A stretch of 64,000 nt of DNA from Escherichia coli (GTDB lineage: Bacteria; Pseudomonadota; Gammaproteobacteria; Enterobacterales; Enterobacteriaceae), in NCBI RefSeq assembly GCF_013315695.1, contig NZ_CP054353.1. One strand, given 5' to 3'. The position numbers were made by a program, and so were the translations under genes. A model generated the notes under the pieces. It was not told the DNA's origin and searched no databases. It saw nothing but the letters and a program-made list of their open reading frames with translations. How positions within the stretch are numbered: position 1 is the stretch's first letter; every line of letters starts with the position of its first letter. Shown piece after piece: positions 10,777-21,041 of this stretch.

Positions 10777-11787
10777 ATGGATAAAATTACCCAGGTTTTA
10801 TTTTCAGATATTGGGAAAGTCACCACTCAATATGTTGAAGTACCACACCAGGAACTTAAACCGCACGAAGTGCGGATTGCGCCTGTGTTCTATGGGATAT
10901 GCGGTTCGGATCTGCATGTTCTGAAAGGCGGTCATCCGTTTGCCAAACCACCTGTCGTCCCCGGTCATGAAATTGCAGCGCGCGTTACGGAAGTTGGCAG
11001 CGACGTTAAAAATGTACAGCCGGGCGATCATGTTGTGGTCGATCCCATCATGGCTTGCATGGAATGCCGAGCCTGCAAAGCAGGACGTTTTAATCTTTGT
11101 GAACCACCGCAGGTTGCTGGTTTTCGCGCACCGGGCTTTGCTCGCTCACAACACATTGTTCCTGCGCGTAATTGCCATGTCGCACCAGCCTCTTTACCGC
11201 TAAAAGTGTTGGCCTTTGCCGAACCGGCGGCTTGTGCCCGTCACTGCGTTAACCGAATGCCGAAAGCTTCTCTGGAAAGCATACTGGTAATTGGTGCCGG
11301 AACGATAGGCTTATCCATCGTGCAGGCACTGCGCATTATGGGGGCAGGTAAGATTACCGTGATTGAACCTGACGCTGCCAAACGCGCGCTGGCGTTAAAG
11401 CTGGGCGCAGCAGAAGTTTGGGCACCAGGTGAGCTGGCCGCAGATGTGCGATTTACGGGGGCGATTGATGTCGTTGCAGCGCAGGCCACGCTTAACGATG
11501 CATGTACCCGTGTATATGCCGGAGGCACCGTCGTGTGCATGGGCGTACCAAGTGGGCCGCGTGAAATACCATTACCGATGATGCAACGTTTCGAGCGTGA
11601 CTTGCTCAACTCTGGCATGTACATCCCTGAAGATTTCGATGCTGTTATCGAATGGCTGGCGGATGGGCGGTTTGATACCAGTGAACTGGTTACCGATTTA
11701 TTTGCCATTGAGGATGCAGCGGCGGCATTTGAACGCGCGCAGCAAAATGACTCCATAAAGGTCATGCTGCAATTTGTGCCGGAATGA
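10777..11787 (+). CDS. zinc-dependent alcohol/polyol dehydrogenase (MDR superfamily)
   Basis: GICGSDLHV and PGHEIAARV zinc/catalytic motifs; second Cys cluster CMECRACKAGRFNLC (structural Zn); GAGTIG NAD-binding motif. Confidence 0.8.
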   Translation: MDKITQVLFSDIGKVTTQYVEVPHQELKPHEVRIAPVFYGICGSDLHVLKGGHPFAKPPVVPGHEIAARVTEVGSDVKNVQPGDHVVVDPIMACMECRACKAGRFNLCEPPQVAGFRAPGFARSQHIVPARNCHVAPASLPLKVLAFAEPAACARHCVNRMPKASLESILVIGAGTIGLSIVQALRIMGAGKITVIEPDAAKRALALKLGAAEVWAPGELAADVRFTGAIDVVAAQATLNDACTRVYAGGTVVCMGVPSGPREIPLPMMQRFERDLLNSGMYIPEDFDAVIEWLADGRFDTSELVTDLFAIEDAAAAFERAQQNDSIKVMLQFVPE

Positions 11788-11856
11788 TTTTCTAAATCTC
11801 TGTCTGGCGCTGCGTCACGTCAGCGCCACCCTACAACAATTAAAAAGGACACTGCG

Positions 11857-13290
11857 ATGAGTCAAATCACCAGTCCTGCAACTTATTCAATTAGTCGGCC
11901 ACAGGACGTAATTGATATTGTTAATAAGAACTCTGCAATCAACACCAGTATCGGCGTTATTTTTATTGCTTTGGGCGGCATATTGATTGATGCCTACCAG
12001 GCGGCGATGGTGGGGTTTGGTAATAAATACATTGCCGCTCAATTCGGCATTTCGCCGGGTCTTGCTGCAACCGTCAATGCATCAGTATTAATCGCCGCGT
12101 TAATTGGCGGTTTATTAGCGAACCGAGTAATAAACCGCTTTGGGCAAAAGCGGGCATTTATTATTGGCATGGGGCTGTGCACCATCGGTGCTGCAGCGGT
12201 AGCTATTGCTCCCAGTATCTGGTGGGTGCTGGTGTGCCGCGTCATCATGGGCTTTGGTTTAGGCATCGACTTCCCTTTGGCAACCAATGCCGTGGCAGAG
12301 CTTCGTGGTTCAACGTCGAAGAAAACCGGAACGTCGGTCAACCTCTGGCAAATGGCCTGGTATGTTTCGACAACCGTTGTTTATTTGGTACTTTTGCCGC
12401 TGCTTCTGTCGGGTATCGCTGAAGAACAATTGTGGCGTTACGGAATATTCATCGGAGCTATTTTTGCAGTCATCTTCATGATTTTGCGTTACTTCTTTAT
12501 TGGTGAATCCGCAATGTGGGCCGCACGCGTCGGGCGTTACCAGGAAGCGTGCGACATTCTGGGAAAACGTTATGGTGTTCAGGCTCGCGTTGCGGCATCG
12601 GGTACAACAGAAGCGAAATTCTCGGAAAAAGCAGAGAATAAATACAGTGGTGGATATGGCATCTTATTTAATGATCGTTACCGCAAACGCACCATTCTTG
12701 GCTGTGTCGTGGCAACCATGCAGGCGTGGCAATATAACGCCGTAGGTGTTTATCTTCCTCTTACGTTGGCGGGAATAATAAGTGGCGGGCTTACTGGCGC
12801 GTTGACCGGTTCTGCCGTCGTGAATGCCCTTTGTGGGGTGACAGGCGGGATGATCGGCTCGTTTATTCTCCAACGACTGGGTACTCGCCGACAGTCGATG
12901 TATGGATTTGCTGTTGTGACCTTAGCATTGCTGTCGTTAGGCGCACTGGCAACGACTAATCCCTGGCTGTCTTTAGGATTATTGGGATCAATTATTTTCT
13001 TCCATTCAGCGGGTCCTGGTGGGCTGGGCATGACCATTGCCACACTCTCTTATCCTCCCGCTATTCGCCCTACTGGGGTCGGATTTGCCCGCGCTATTAT
13101 GCGCACAGGGGCAATTGCAGGACTCATTTTCTGGCCGATGCTGTGGGGTGCGTTGAAAACTGAAGCGTTTTACTGGTTGGCAATCGTGCCATTCCTGGGG
13201 TTCCTGACCTGCGTATTGATTAATTGGGAACCACTGGGTGCAAATGTTGATGCTGAGGATGCAGAGGTTCTGGCTGAATTGAAGAAATAA
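11857..13290 (+). CDS. MFS-type transporter (sugar porter-like)
   Basis: 477-aa highly hydrophobic ORF with about 12 predicted TM segments; MFS-like GxLaNRxGQKR loop. Confidence 0.7.
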   Translation: MSQITSPATYSISRPQDVIDIVNKNSAINTSIGVIFIALGGILIDAYQAAMVGFGNKYIAAQFGISPGLAATVNASVLIAALIGGLLANRVINRFGQKRAFIIGMGLCTIGAAAVAIAPSIWWVLVCRVIMGFGLGIDFPLATNAVAELRGSTSKKTGTSVNLWQMAWYVSTTVVYLVLLPLLLSGIAEEQLWRYGIFIGAIFAVIFMILRYFFIGESAMWAARVGRYQEACDILGKRYGVQARVAASGTTEAKFSEKAENKYSGGYGILFNDRYRKRTILGCVVATMQAWQYNAVGVYLPLTLAGIISGGLTGALTGSAVVNALCGVTGGMIGSFILQRLGTRRQSMYGFAVVTLALLSLGALATTNPWLSLGLLGSIIFFHSAGPGGLGMTIATLSYPPAIRPTGVGFARAIMRTGAIAGLIFWPMLWGALKTEAFYWLAIVPFLGFLTCVLINWEPLGANVDAEDAEVLAELKK

Positions 13291-13327
13291 ATTAATGCGC
13301 ATCGGCTTAAACCGATGCGCATTAATT
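13290..13327. repeat. perfect 16-bp-arm palindrome between the two transporter genes
   Basis: aattaatgcgcatcgg-cttaaa-ccgatgcgcattaatt; no following T-run. Confidence 0.6.
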
Positions 13328-13388
13328 CAAACTGCCCACGTTTAGTGGTTCGTATCCCAGATTTCTCGCCTACCAGGAGAGGAAAATT

Positions 13389-14738
13389 ATGTCTGAAAAG
13401 TTACCCGCACCGCGTGAAGGGCTTTCCGGTAAAGCCATGAGACGTGTCGTTATGGGCAGTTTCGCAGGCGCGTTAATGGAATGGTATGACTTCTTTATTT
13501 TTGGCACGGCAGCAGGACTGGTATTTGCACCGCTGTTTTATCCAGACAGCGATCCTTTTATAGGTCTTATAGCCGCCTTTGCGACCTTTGGTGTCGGTTT
13601 TCTGACTCGTCCTTTAGGTGGCATCGTCTTTGGTCATTTTGGCGATAAAATCGGGCGAAAAATAACACTTATCTGGACGCTGGCTATTGTCGGTTGCTCC
13701 ACATTTTTGATTGGTTTTATTCCGACGTATCAGGAAATTGGCATTTGGGCACCGCTTGTATTAATGGTGCTGCGTTTGATTCAGGGCTTTGGTCTTGGTG
13801 GCGAGTACGGCGGAGCGGCATTGATGACCATAGAATCAGCGCCCGAATCCCGACGCGGATTTTTAGGTTCACTCCCGCAAACGGCTGCGTCAGTGGGTAT
13901 TATGCTGGCAACCGGTATTTTTGCTCTCTGTAACCATTTTCTTACTTCGGAGCAGTTTCTCTCCTGGGGATGGCGCATTCCGTTTTGGCTTTCTGCGGTG
14001 ATGTTGATCGTTGGGCTGTTTATCCGCCTGCATACCGAAGAAACACTGGATTTTCAAAAGCAAAAAACGACGAATAATAAAGAAAAGTCCGTTCCTCCGT
14101 TGATTGAATTATTCAAAAAACATCCACGAAATATTTTATTGGCACTGGGTGCGAGGCTGGCGGAAAGTGTCTCCTCTAATATTATTAACGCCTTTGGTAT
14201 TGTCTATATTTCCAGCCAATTAGCATTGTCGCGAGATATTCCCCTGACGGGTATGTTGATTGCCTCGGCGATCGGTATTTTCAGTTGTCCATTGGTTGGA
14301 TGGTTATCAGATCGTATAGGTCAAAAAAGTCTGTATTTGTCGGGAGCAGGATTTTGTGTCCTGTTCGCGTTTCCTTTCTTCTTATTACTGGATAGCAAAA
14401 GTACGCTCATCATCTGGTGCAGTATGATCCTCGGCTACAACTTAGGTCCGACGATGATGTTTGCCGTGCAGCCAACACTTTTCACCCGCATGTTCGGTAC
14501 CAAAGTACGATATACCGGCCTTTCTTTTGCTTATCAATTTTCCGCGATTCTTGGCGGACTAAGCCCCCTTATCGCCTCAAGTTTGCTGGCGCTAGGGGGA
14601 GGAAAACCGTGGTATGTCGCTCTGTTTTTATTTGCTGTCTCAGTTCTTTCCTTTGTTTGCGTCTGGCTGATTGAGCCGACCGATGAACAAGAAACCGCTT
14701 CTTACCGCTACATCAGGGAACAATCTCATGAAAACTGA
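13389..14738 (+). CDS. MFS transporter, metabolite:H+ symporter (MHS)-like
   Basis: 449-aa ORF; N-terminal MEWYDFFIFGTAAG and GHFGDKIGRK motifs typical of the ProP/KgtP/ShiA family. Confidence 0.7.
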   Translation: MSEKLPAPREGLSGKAMRRVVMGSFAGALMEWYDFFIFGTAAGLVFAPLFYPDSDPFIGLIAAFATFGVGFLTRPLGGIVFGHFGDKIGRKITLIWTLAIVGCSTFLIGFIPTYQEIGIWAPLVLMVLRLIQGFGLGGEYGGAALMTIESAPESRRGFLGSLPQTAASVGIMLATGIFALCNHFLTSEQFLSWGWRIPFWLSAVMLIVGLFIRLHTEETLDFQKQKTTNNKEKSVPPLIELFKKHPRNILLALGARLAESVSSNIINAFGIVYISSQLALSRDIPLTGMLIASAIGIFSCPLVGWLSDRIGQKSLYLSGAGFCVLFAFPFFLLLDSKSTLIIWCSMILGYNLGPTMMFAVQPTLFTRMFGTKVRYTGLSFAYQFSAILGGLSPLIASSLLALGGGKPWYVALFLFAVSVLSFVCVWLIEPTDEQETASYRYIREQSHEN

Positions 14739-15615
14739 ACGAAAAAACGAGCATTACCTGGCGCTACAACAGGCGTTTGACGCGCCATGGCCTGGGCCTG
14801 TAGGAGAGTTAGTGACGCTGGAAAAAGGCAATATTCACCTGCAGATTTATCCGCATGATGGTGCCAGGATAACCTCGTTAAAGGCATTTGGTTCTGAAGT
14901 ATTACGCCAATGGCAGCCGCAGCGCAGAGCTTTTCAGTATGGCTGTTTCCCAATGGTGCCGTGGGCAGGGCGACTGGGGAATGCGACGCTGAATGCTGGT
15001 GGGCAATGTTATTCTTTACCCGCCAATAAACCACCACATGCGTTGCATGGTATGGCTTGTTACTCAACGTGGGAAATCATCGACAAAACAGCAGATTCCC
15101 TGACTTTACGTATGCCCCTGGCTTCACCGTGGCCCTGGCAAGGGGAAGTGATTCAGACTTTTTTGCTGGAGAACGATGCGCTGGTTTTGCAACTGGAAGT
15201 CCATTCATATGCCGATACATTCCCGGCCTCCGCAGGCTGGCATCCGTGGTTTGCGAAAAAGCTGACTCCGCAAAATACAGAATCGTTGCAGGTGCTTTTT
15301 GATGCGGACTGGCAAGAAGAAGCGGGTAGTGATGAACTGCCAACTGGAAATCGTATCTCTCCTCAAGCCGGTCCCTGGGATGACTGTTTTGGTTTTTATA
15401 ACGGGGTGAAGGTTAAGTTACTGTGGCCTGGTAAACTCGCGATGACCATGATCTCTTCTGCAAACAGTCTGGTGGTATTTGATAAACAGCCCGATGCCAC
15501 CTGTATTAACCCGCTGACTCAGGCACCTAACGCAATAAATCTAACGCCGGAATTGGTGACACCAGATAGGCCGCTGGTCATCGAAACTCGTTGGCAATTT
15601 ACACCTGAATCTTAA
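14728..15615 (+). CDS. aldose 1-epimerase family protein (YihR-like mutarotase)
   Basis: ATG at 14728 overlaps the preceding stop (ATGAAAACTGA); HPYFNL-like region and conserved His/Glu pattern of the galactose-mutarotase fold. Confidence 0.65.
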   Translation: MKTERKNEHYLALQQAFDAPWPGPVGELVTLEKGNIHLQIYPHDGARITSLKAFGSEVLRQWQPQRRAFQYGCFPMVPWAGRLGNATLNAGGQCYSLPANKPPHALHGMACYSTWEIIDKTADSLTLRMPLASPWPWQGEVIQTFLLENDALVLQLEVHSYADTFPASAGWHPWFAKKLTPQNTESLQVLFDADWQEEAGSDELPTGNRISPQAGPWDDCFGFYNGVKVKLLWPGKLAMTMISSANSLVVFDKQPDATCINPLTQAPNAINLTPELVTPDRPLVIETRWQFTPES

Positions 15616-15755
15616 CCATTCATCTATTGCGAAAAAGCCAGTGAAATTACTCTGCTTTTTCGCAATCAGCATCACAAGATTACCCTTATTGCCACATAGC
15701 CAAACCCATCCTTTCCCGCTACAGTTAATTTCTTGTGGCGCGAAAGGAGGCAAAA

Positions 15756-16355
15756 ATGCTCTATATCTTTGATTTAGGTAATGTGATTGTCGATATCGAC
15801 TTTAACCGTGTGCTGGGAGCCTGGAGCGATTTAACGCGTGTTCCACTGGCTACGCTTAAGAAGAGTTTCCACATGGGCGAGGCGTTTCATCAGCATGAGC
15901 GTGGGGAAATTAGCGACGAAGCGTTCGCAGAGGCGCTGTGTCATGAGATGGCTCTACCGCTAAGCTACGAGCAGTTCTCTCACGGCTGGCAGGCGGTGTT
16001 TGTCGCGCTGCGCCCGGAAGTGATCGCCATCATGCATAAACTGCGTGAGCAGGGGCATCGCGTGGTGGTGCTTTCCAATACTAACCGCCTGCATACTACC
16101 TTCTGGCCGGAGGAATACCCGGAAATCCGTGATGCTGCTGACCATATCTATCTGTCGCAAGATCTGGGGATGCGCAAACCTGAAGCACGAATTTACCAGC
16201 ATGTTTTGCAGGCGGAAGGTTTTTCACCCAGCGATACGGTCTTTTTTGACGATAACGCCGATAATATAGAAGGAGCTAATCAGCTAGGCATTACCAGTAT
16301 TCTGGTGAAAGATAAAACCACCATCCCGGACTATTTCGCGAAGGTGTTATGCTAA
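15756..16355 (+). CDS. yihX: alpha-D-glucose-1-phosphate phosphatase (HAD family)
   Basis: Start ATG after aaggagg RBS; HAD motif [12 protein letters not shown]; 199 aa. Confidence 0.9.
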
Positions 16356-17221
16356 AAACCATTCAGGACAAAGCCAGGCACCGTACCCGTCCACTATGGG
16401 CCTGGCTAAAACTACTCTGGCAACGCATTGATGAGGACAACATGACAACCCTGGCAGGTAACCTTGCCTATGTGTCGTTGCTCTCATTAGTGCCGCTGGT
16501 TGCCGTTGTTTTTGCGCTTTTCGCCGCTTTTCCCATGTTTTCCGACGTCAGCATTCAGTTGCGTCACTTTATTTTTGCCAACTTTCTGCCTGCTACTGGC
16601 GATGTTATTCAGCGGTATATCGAACAATTTGTTGCCAATTCCAACAAGATGACCGCCGTTGGGGCGTGCGGGCTGATCGTCACGGCGTTATTGTTGATGT
16701 ACTCCATCGATAGCGCGTTGAATACCATCTGGCGCAGTAAACGAGCGCGACCAAAAATTTACTCGTTTGCCGTGTACTGGATGATTTTAACGCTGGGGCC
16801 GCTGTTGGCGGGGGCCAGTCTGGCGATCAGCTCCTATCTGCTCTCTCTGCGCTGGGCGAGCGATCTCAATACTGTCATCGATAATGTGTTGCGTATTTTT
16901 CCGCTGCTGTTGTCGTGGATCTCTTTCTGGCTGCTGTACAGCATCGTTCCTACCATCCGCGTACCTAATCGCGACGCGATTGTCGGCGCGTTTGTCGCCG
17001 CACTCCTGTTCGAAGCAGGAAAGAAAGGTTTCGCGCTTTATATCACCATGTTCCCCTCATATCAGCTCATTTACGGTGTGCTGGCGGTGATCCCCATTCT
17101 CTTTGTCTGGGTCTACTGGACATGGTGTATCGTCTTGCTTGGTGCGGAAATTACTGTCACTCTCGGGGAATACCGCAAACTAAAACAAGCAGCTGAACAA
17201 GAAGAAGACGACGAACCATGA
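16349..17221 (+). CDS. yihY: inner-membrane protein YihY (formerly rbn)
   Basis: 290-aa multi-TM ORF overlapping yihX stop. Confidence 0.9.
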
Positions 17222-17655
17222 TTGCATTAATTCAACGCGTAACCCGTGCCAGCGTCACCGTGGAGGGAGAAGTGACGGGCGAAATTGGCGCGGGACTTTT
17301 GGTGTTATTGGGTGTCGAAAAGGATGACGACGAACAGAAAGCAAACCGTCTGTGCGAGCGTGTGCTCGGCTATCGCATCTTTAGCGATGTCGAAGGCAAG
17401 ATGAACCTCAACGTGCAACAGGCGGGCGGCAGTGTGCTGGTGGTTTCCCAGTTTACCCTCGCCGCAGATACCGAACGGGGGATGCGTCCAAGTTTCTCCA
17501 AAGGTGCATCACCGGATCGCGCAGAGGCGTTATATGACTATTTCGTCGAACGCTGCCGTCAGCAAGAGATGAACACGCAAACAGGACGCTTCGCTGCGGA
17601 TATGCAGGTATCGCTGGTCAATGATGGCCCCGTGACATTCTGGTTGCAGGTATGA
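17218..17655 (+). CDS. dtd: D-aminoacyl-tRNA deacylase
   Basis: 145-aa [16 protein letters not shown]...; SQFTL motif; ATGA overlap with yihY. Confidence 0.93.
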
Positions 17656-18641
17656 GCCAGCTTCCAGGGTTGTCACGGGAAACAAGAGAGAGTATCGCTA
17701 TGTATCACCTTCGGGTTCCACAAACAGAAGAAGAATTAGAGCGTTACTATCAGTTTCGCTGGGAAATGTTGCGTAAGCCCCTGCATCAACCGAAAGGTTC
17801 GGAACGCGACGCGTGGGATGCGATGGCGCATCACCAGATGGTCGTCGACGAGCAGGGTAATCTGGTGGCGGTAGGCCGACTGTATATTAATGCCGACAAT
17901 GAAGCGTCCATTCGCTTTATGGCCGTTCATCCCGACGTGCAGGACAAAGGGTTAGGAACGCTGATGGCGATGACCCTTGAGTCGGTGGCGCGTCAGGAAG
18001 GCGTTAAGCGCGTGACCTGTAGTGCCCGTGAAGACGCGGTGGAGTTTTTTGCCAAACTGGGGTTTGTCAATCAAGGGGAGATCACTACCCCAACCACCAC
18101 GCCGATTCGCCATTTTTTGATGATTAAACCCGTTGCCACTCTGGATGATATTTTGCATCGCGGCGACTGGTGCGCGCAGCTGCAACAGGCGTGGTACGAA
18201 CATATCCCGCTGAGTGAAAAAATGGGCGTGCGCATTCAGCAATATACCGGGCAAAAATTTATCACCACCATGCCGGAAACCGGTAATCAGAATCCGCACC
18301 ATACGCTGTTTGCCGGGAGTTTATTCTCACTGGCAACGCTCACCGGTTGGGGACTTATCTGGCTGATGCTGCGTGAACGCCATCTGGGCGGTACGATTAT
18401 TCTGGCGGATGCGCATATTCGCTACAGCAAGCCGATTAGCGGTAAACCTCATGCGGTAGCCGACCTCGGTGCCTTAAGCGGCGATCTCGACCGTCTGGCG
18501 CGCGGGCGCAAAGCGCGGGTACAAATGCAGGTCGAAATCTTTGGCGACGAGACGCCGGGCGCAGTGTTTGAAGGCACGTATATCGTTCTGCCCGCGAAGC
18601 CATTTGGCCCGTATGAAGAGGGCGGGAACGAAGAAGAGTAG
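17652..18641 (+). CDS. yiiD: GNAT acetyltransferase / thioesterase-fold protein YiiD (FabY)
   Basis: 329-aa ORF; N-terminal GNAT domain and C-terminal hot-dog-like region; overlaps dtd stop. Confidence 0.88.
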
Positions 18642-18647
18642 CTGATG

Positions 18648-18671
18648 GAGAGGGGCGGTGCTGCCTCTCTC
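18648..18671 (+). terminator. hairpin downstream of yiiD (possible terminator)
   Basis: gagagg-ggcggtgctgcc-tctctc inverted repeat followed by a U-rich stretch. Confidence 0.4.
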
Positions 18672-19056
18672 ATTCTTTCAGGTCATTTACATCAGCCCCT
18701 GACTATTTCGGTTATATTGAATAAGAACTCCATAAATTTTTATTCTTCGTTGGCACCATACGTGTCTTGCTACATCACTGTTCAGGAGCATTTAAATATT
18801 ATTTGTAGAGCTGAGTGGCAATTATCGCTGATAATGCTTAATTCATCATCTTAGTTCAGGTTTGAGCGATTTTTGATAGTCAAAATCCCCTCTGGTGCCA
18901 TACTTTTCTCATAAATATTTTTAAAATCTATAGCTAACAAACATTATGCAAAGATAATGGACTGGCGTCATTGTCAGTATCATTCATTTACTGCTTCTGG
19001 ATGTTGTAAATAATTATGTGGCATGTTTGCTCTTAAACCGTGGGAAGGAGGCTGTA

Positions 19057-20871
19057 ATGGTTGCCAATATTAATCTCATTAAACAAGAAAGTTATTCTAT
19101 TGTTAATTTAGAAAAACAACTAATGAGTAATGAATCACCGAAGCAAACGCTATTAAATGATTTTTCACATCGCCTTAAAATGGAAGGTGAGGAGCAACTG
19201 TGCGATTGTGTTAACGAACTTAAACTCGGGTTGTCGAGTAATAATAAATATGACCTGTTTAAAAATAAAGAAACCTCACTGTGGAAACGCAAAGTACCAG
19301 AAAGTGCAGCGCTGGCAATGACGGGAACAGTATATAAATTATTTGGTAGTCGCTTACTCAACGTCCGCAATCAGTTAGATAAAAATCTCCTCGAAATGGC
19401 TATGCAAATGGTTTATGGCAAAGATATGGTGACAAAGTCCGGGGATATATTGATTGATATACAATTAAACAAGGATGGCAGCCTCCAGAGTAAGCACTAC
19501 ACATTTGATGTAGGTGAAGTTATAAACAGTTATAATATTGACCTCTTTGTGAATGCTTCGAGTATTAATCAAACTTACTTACATGATAAAAATCCTGGTG
19601 ACGTTATTAGCCTGTATGACACTTTAGATAACATTCCTCTTGTAGTTAAGGAATGCACGGGTAAAAATCATCAAATTAACGTTAAAGCCAAATTGCCTCA
19701 AGAACGAAGTGAAAAAGTTGAGGATATGTGTGAAAGAATGAGAGGTGGCATCTCTATGTTTAATCACACTACAAAAACAGCTGGTAATATAGAGCATAAT
19801 TTGCAGCTAAGTTTTCTCGTGGATTCACGACCGTCGATCACAAATAAATACTCAGTCAAAGATGTAGGTCCAGATATACTTGCATTACCCGTCAACGTAT
19901 ATCATGCAGATTTTAAAATTAAAATCAATAATGCAGTAGAGAAGGCTTCGTCAATTGTGTTATGTGCTGTGCAAAAAAATCTCCATGCAGCAAGAAAGGT
20001 TCTTGGCGGGATAATAGGAAATGTGCCAAAAAATAATAAACCAAAAACAATCATTTTTGATTTACGTTTTCTTAGTGCAATTAAGCAGAAAGTTTTTTTG
20101 GGCAGTGAAAAACCGTTGTTTGTAAAGCATACCGCAATGATGAGGGAGGCATGTGAGGAATTACCGCAGTCAGTGGAATATGTTCCTTTAGCCTGTGAAG
20201 CGCATAGCCATCGCAGCGTCGCCCTTGCCAAAACCGTGGCTGCGCCCATCATGGCGACAGGTGTGGGCTCGGCTTTAATGTATGCAACATCATCAGGACC
20301 GTATTATGCACAAAGTCTTTCTGGTTCGCCGGATATCGAGATGATAAAAAATCGCATGGCTCAATTGTTTACCCAATTGGATGCTTCTGTGCGCAACAAA
20401 TATCGCCCGGCTTTTGATAAATGGAATGAGCTGGTAGATAAATTAAATCACGAAAGAAATACAGTTCCGTTTGCGTGTTTGACCACCATTTTAGCGACGG
20501 CGATAAATGAAACTCCTGAGGGGGATACGAATGTTGCCGTTGTGATGGGGTGTAAATCTGCGAAAGATCGCACGATATCCATTGTCCTTGGCAACTCGAT
20601 GTTGCAAACACTCTTTGAAAAACGCCTCGCTGATGATGGAGAAATAGAAAATCTTGTTGATCAACAGGGATATTTTAACTGCGATTCATTAACAGCCGAA
20701 GAATTAATGATATTAAAAGACCTTTTTGATATTCGAGTTCTTCATGTCTCTAACAAATTCAATGTTGGGTTTCAAGGTAATATCAACACTGATGTTTTAC
20801 AAGATTCGTTTTTTAAAAATGTCGATTTCATTCATGAATCTAGCTCGTATACCGTAGGGATGGGAGTCTGA
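19057..20871 (+). CDS. putative phosphoinositide phosphatase, SopB/IpgD-like (candidate type III effector); accessory gene
   Basis: ORF 19018..20871; ATG at 19057 preceded by strong RBS gggaaggagg; product contains CKSAKDRT (CX5R P-loop as in inositol polyphosphate 4-phosphatases and SopB/IpgD); gene and flanks visibly AT-rich; absent from K-12 yiiD-yiiE interval as remembered. Confidence 0.6.
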   Translation: MVANINLIKQESYSIVNLEKQLMSNESPKQTLLNDFSHRLKMEGEEQLCDCVNELKLGLSSNNKYDLFKNKETSLWKRKVPESAALAMTGTVYKLFGSRLLNVRNQLDKNLLEMAMQMVYGKDMVTKSGDILIDIQLNKDGSLQSKHYTFDVGEVINSYNIDLFVNASSINQTYLHDKNPGDVISLYDTLDNIPLVVKECTGKNHQINVKAKLPQERSEKVEDMCERMRGGISMFNHTTKTAGNIEHNLQLSFLVDSRPSITNKYSVKDVGPDILALPVNVYHADFKIKINNAVEKASSIVLCAVQKNLHAARKVLGGIIGNVPKNNKPKTIIFDLRFLSAIKQKVFLGSEKPLFVKHTAMMREACEELPQSVEYVPLACEAHSHRSVALAKTVAAPIMATGVGSALMYATSSGPYYAQSLSGSPDIEMIKNRMAQLFTQLDASVRNKYRPAFDKWNELVDKLNHERNTVPFACLTTILATAINETPEGDTNVAVVMGCKSAKDRTISIVLGNSMLQTLFEKRLADDGEIENLVDQQGYFNCDSLTAEELMILKDLFDIRVLHVSNKFNVGFQGNINTDVLQDSFFKNVDFIHESSSYTVGMGV

Positions 20872-20997
20872 AGAGTAAAACTTATTAGAATTACCAGAAT
20901 TCGGCCAATGCATTGCAAAAATGACATACAAAGAGAGATGTGCGCAGGCACTTAGCCGCGAGGGGCATGGCGAAGCCATACAGAAAGCACCAGCATT

Positions 20998-21041
20998 CAG
21001 AACTCCTGTGAAAGCGGCATAGTGCCGCCTGCTCAGGAGTT
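20998..21041 (+). terminator. extended stem-loop downstream of the effector-like gene
   Basis: aactcctg-tgaaa-gcggca-tag-tgccgc-ctgct-caggagtt followed by tttt. Confidence 0.4.
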
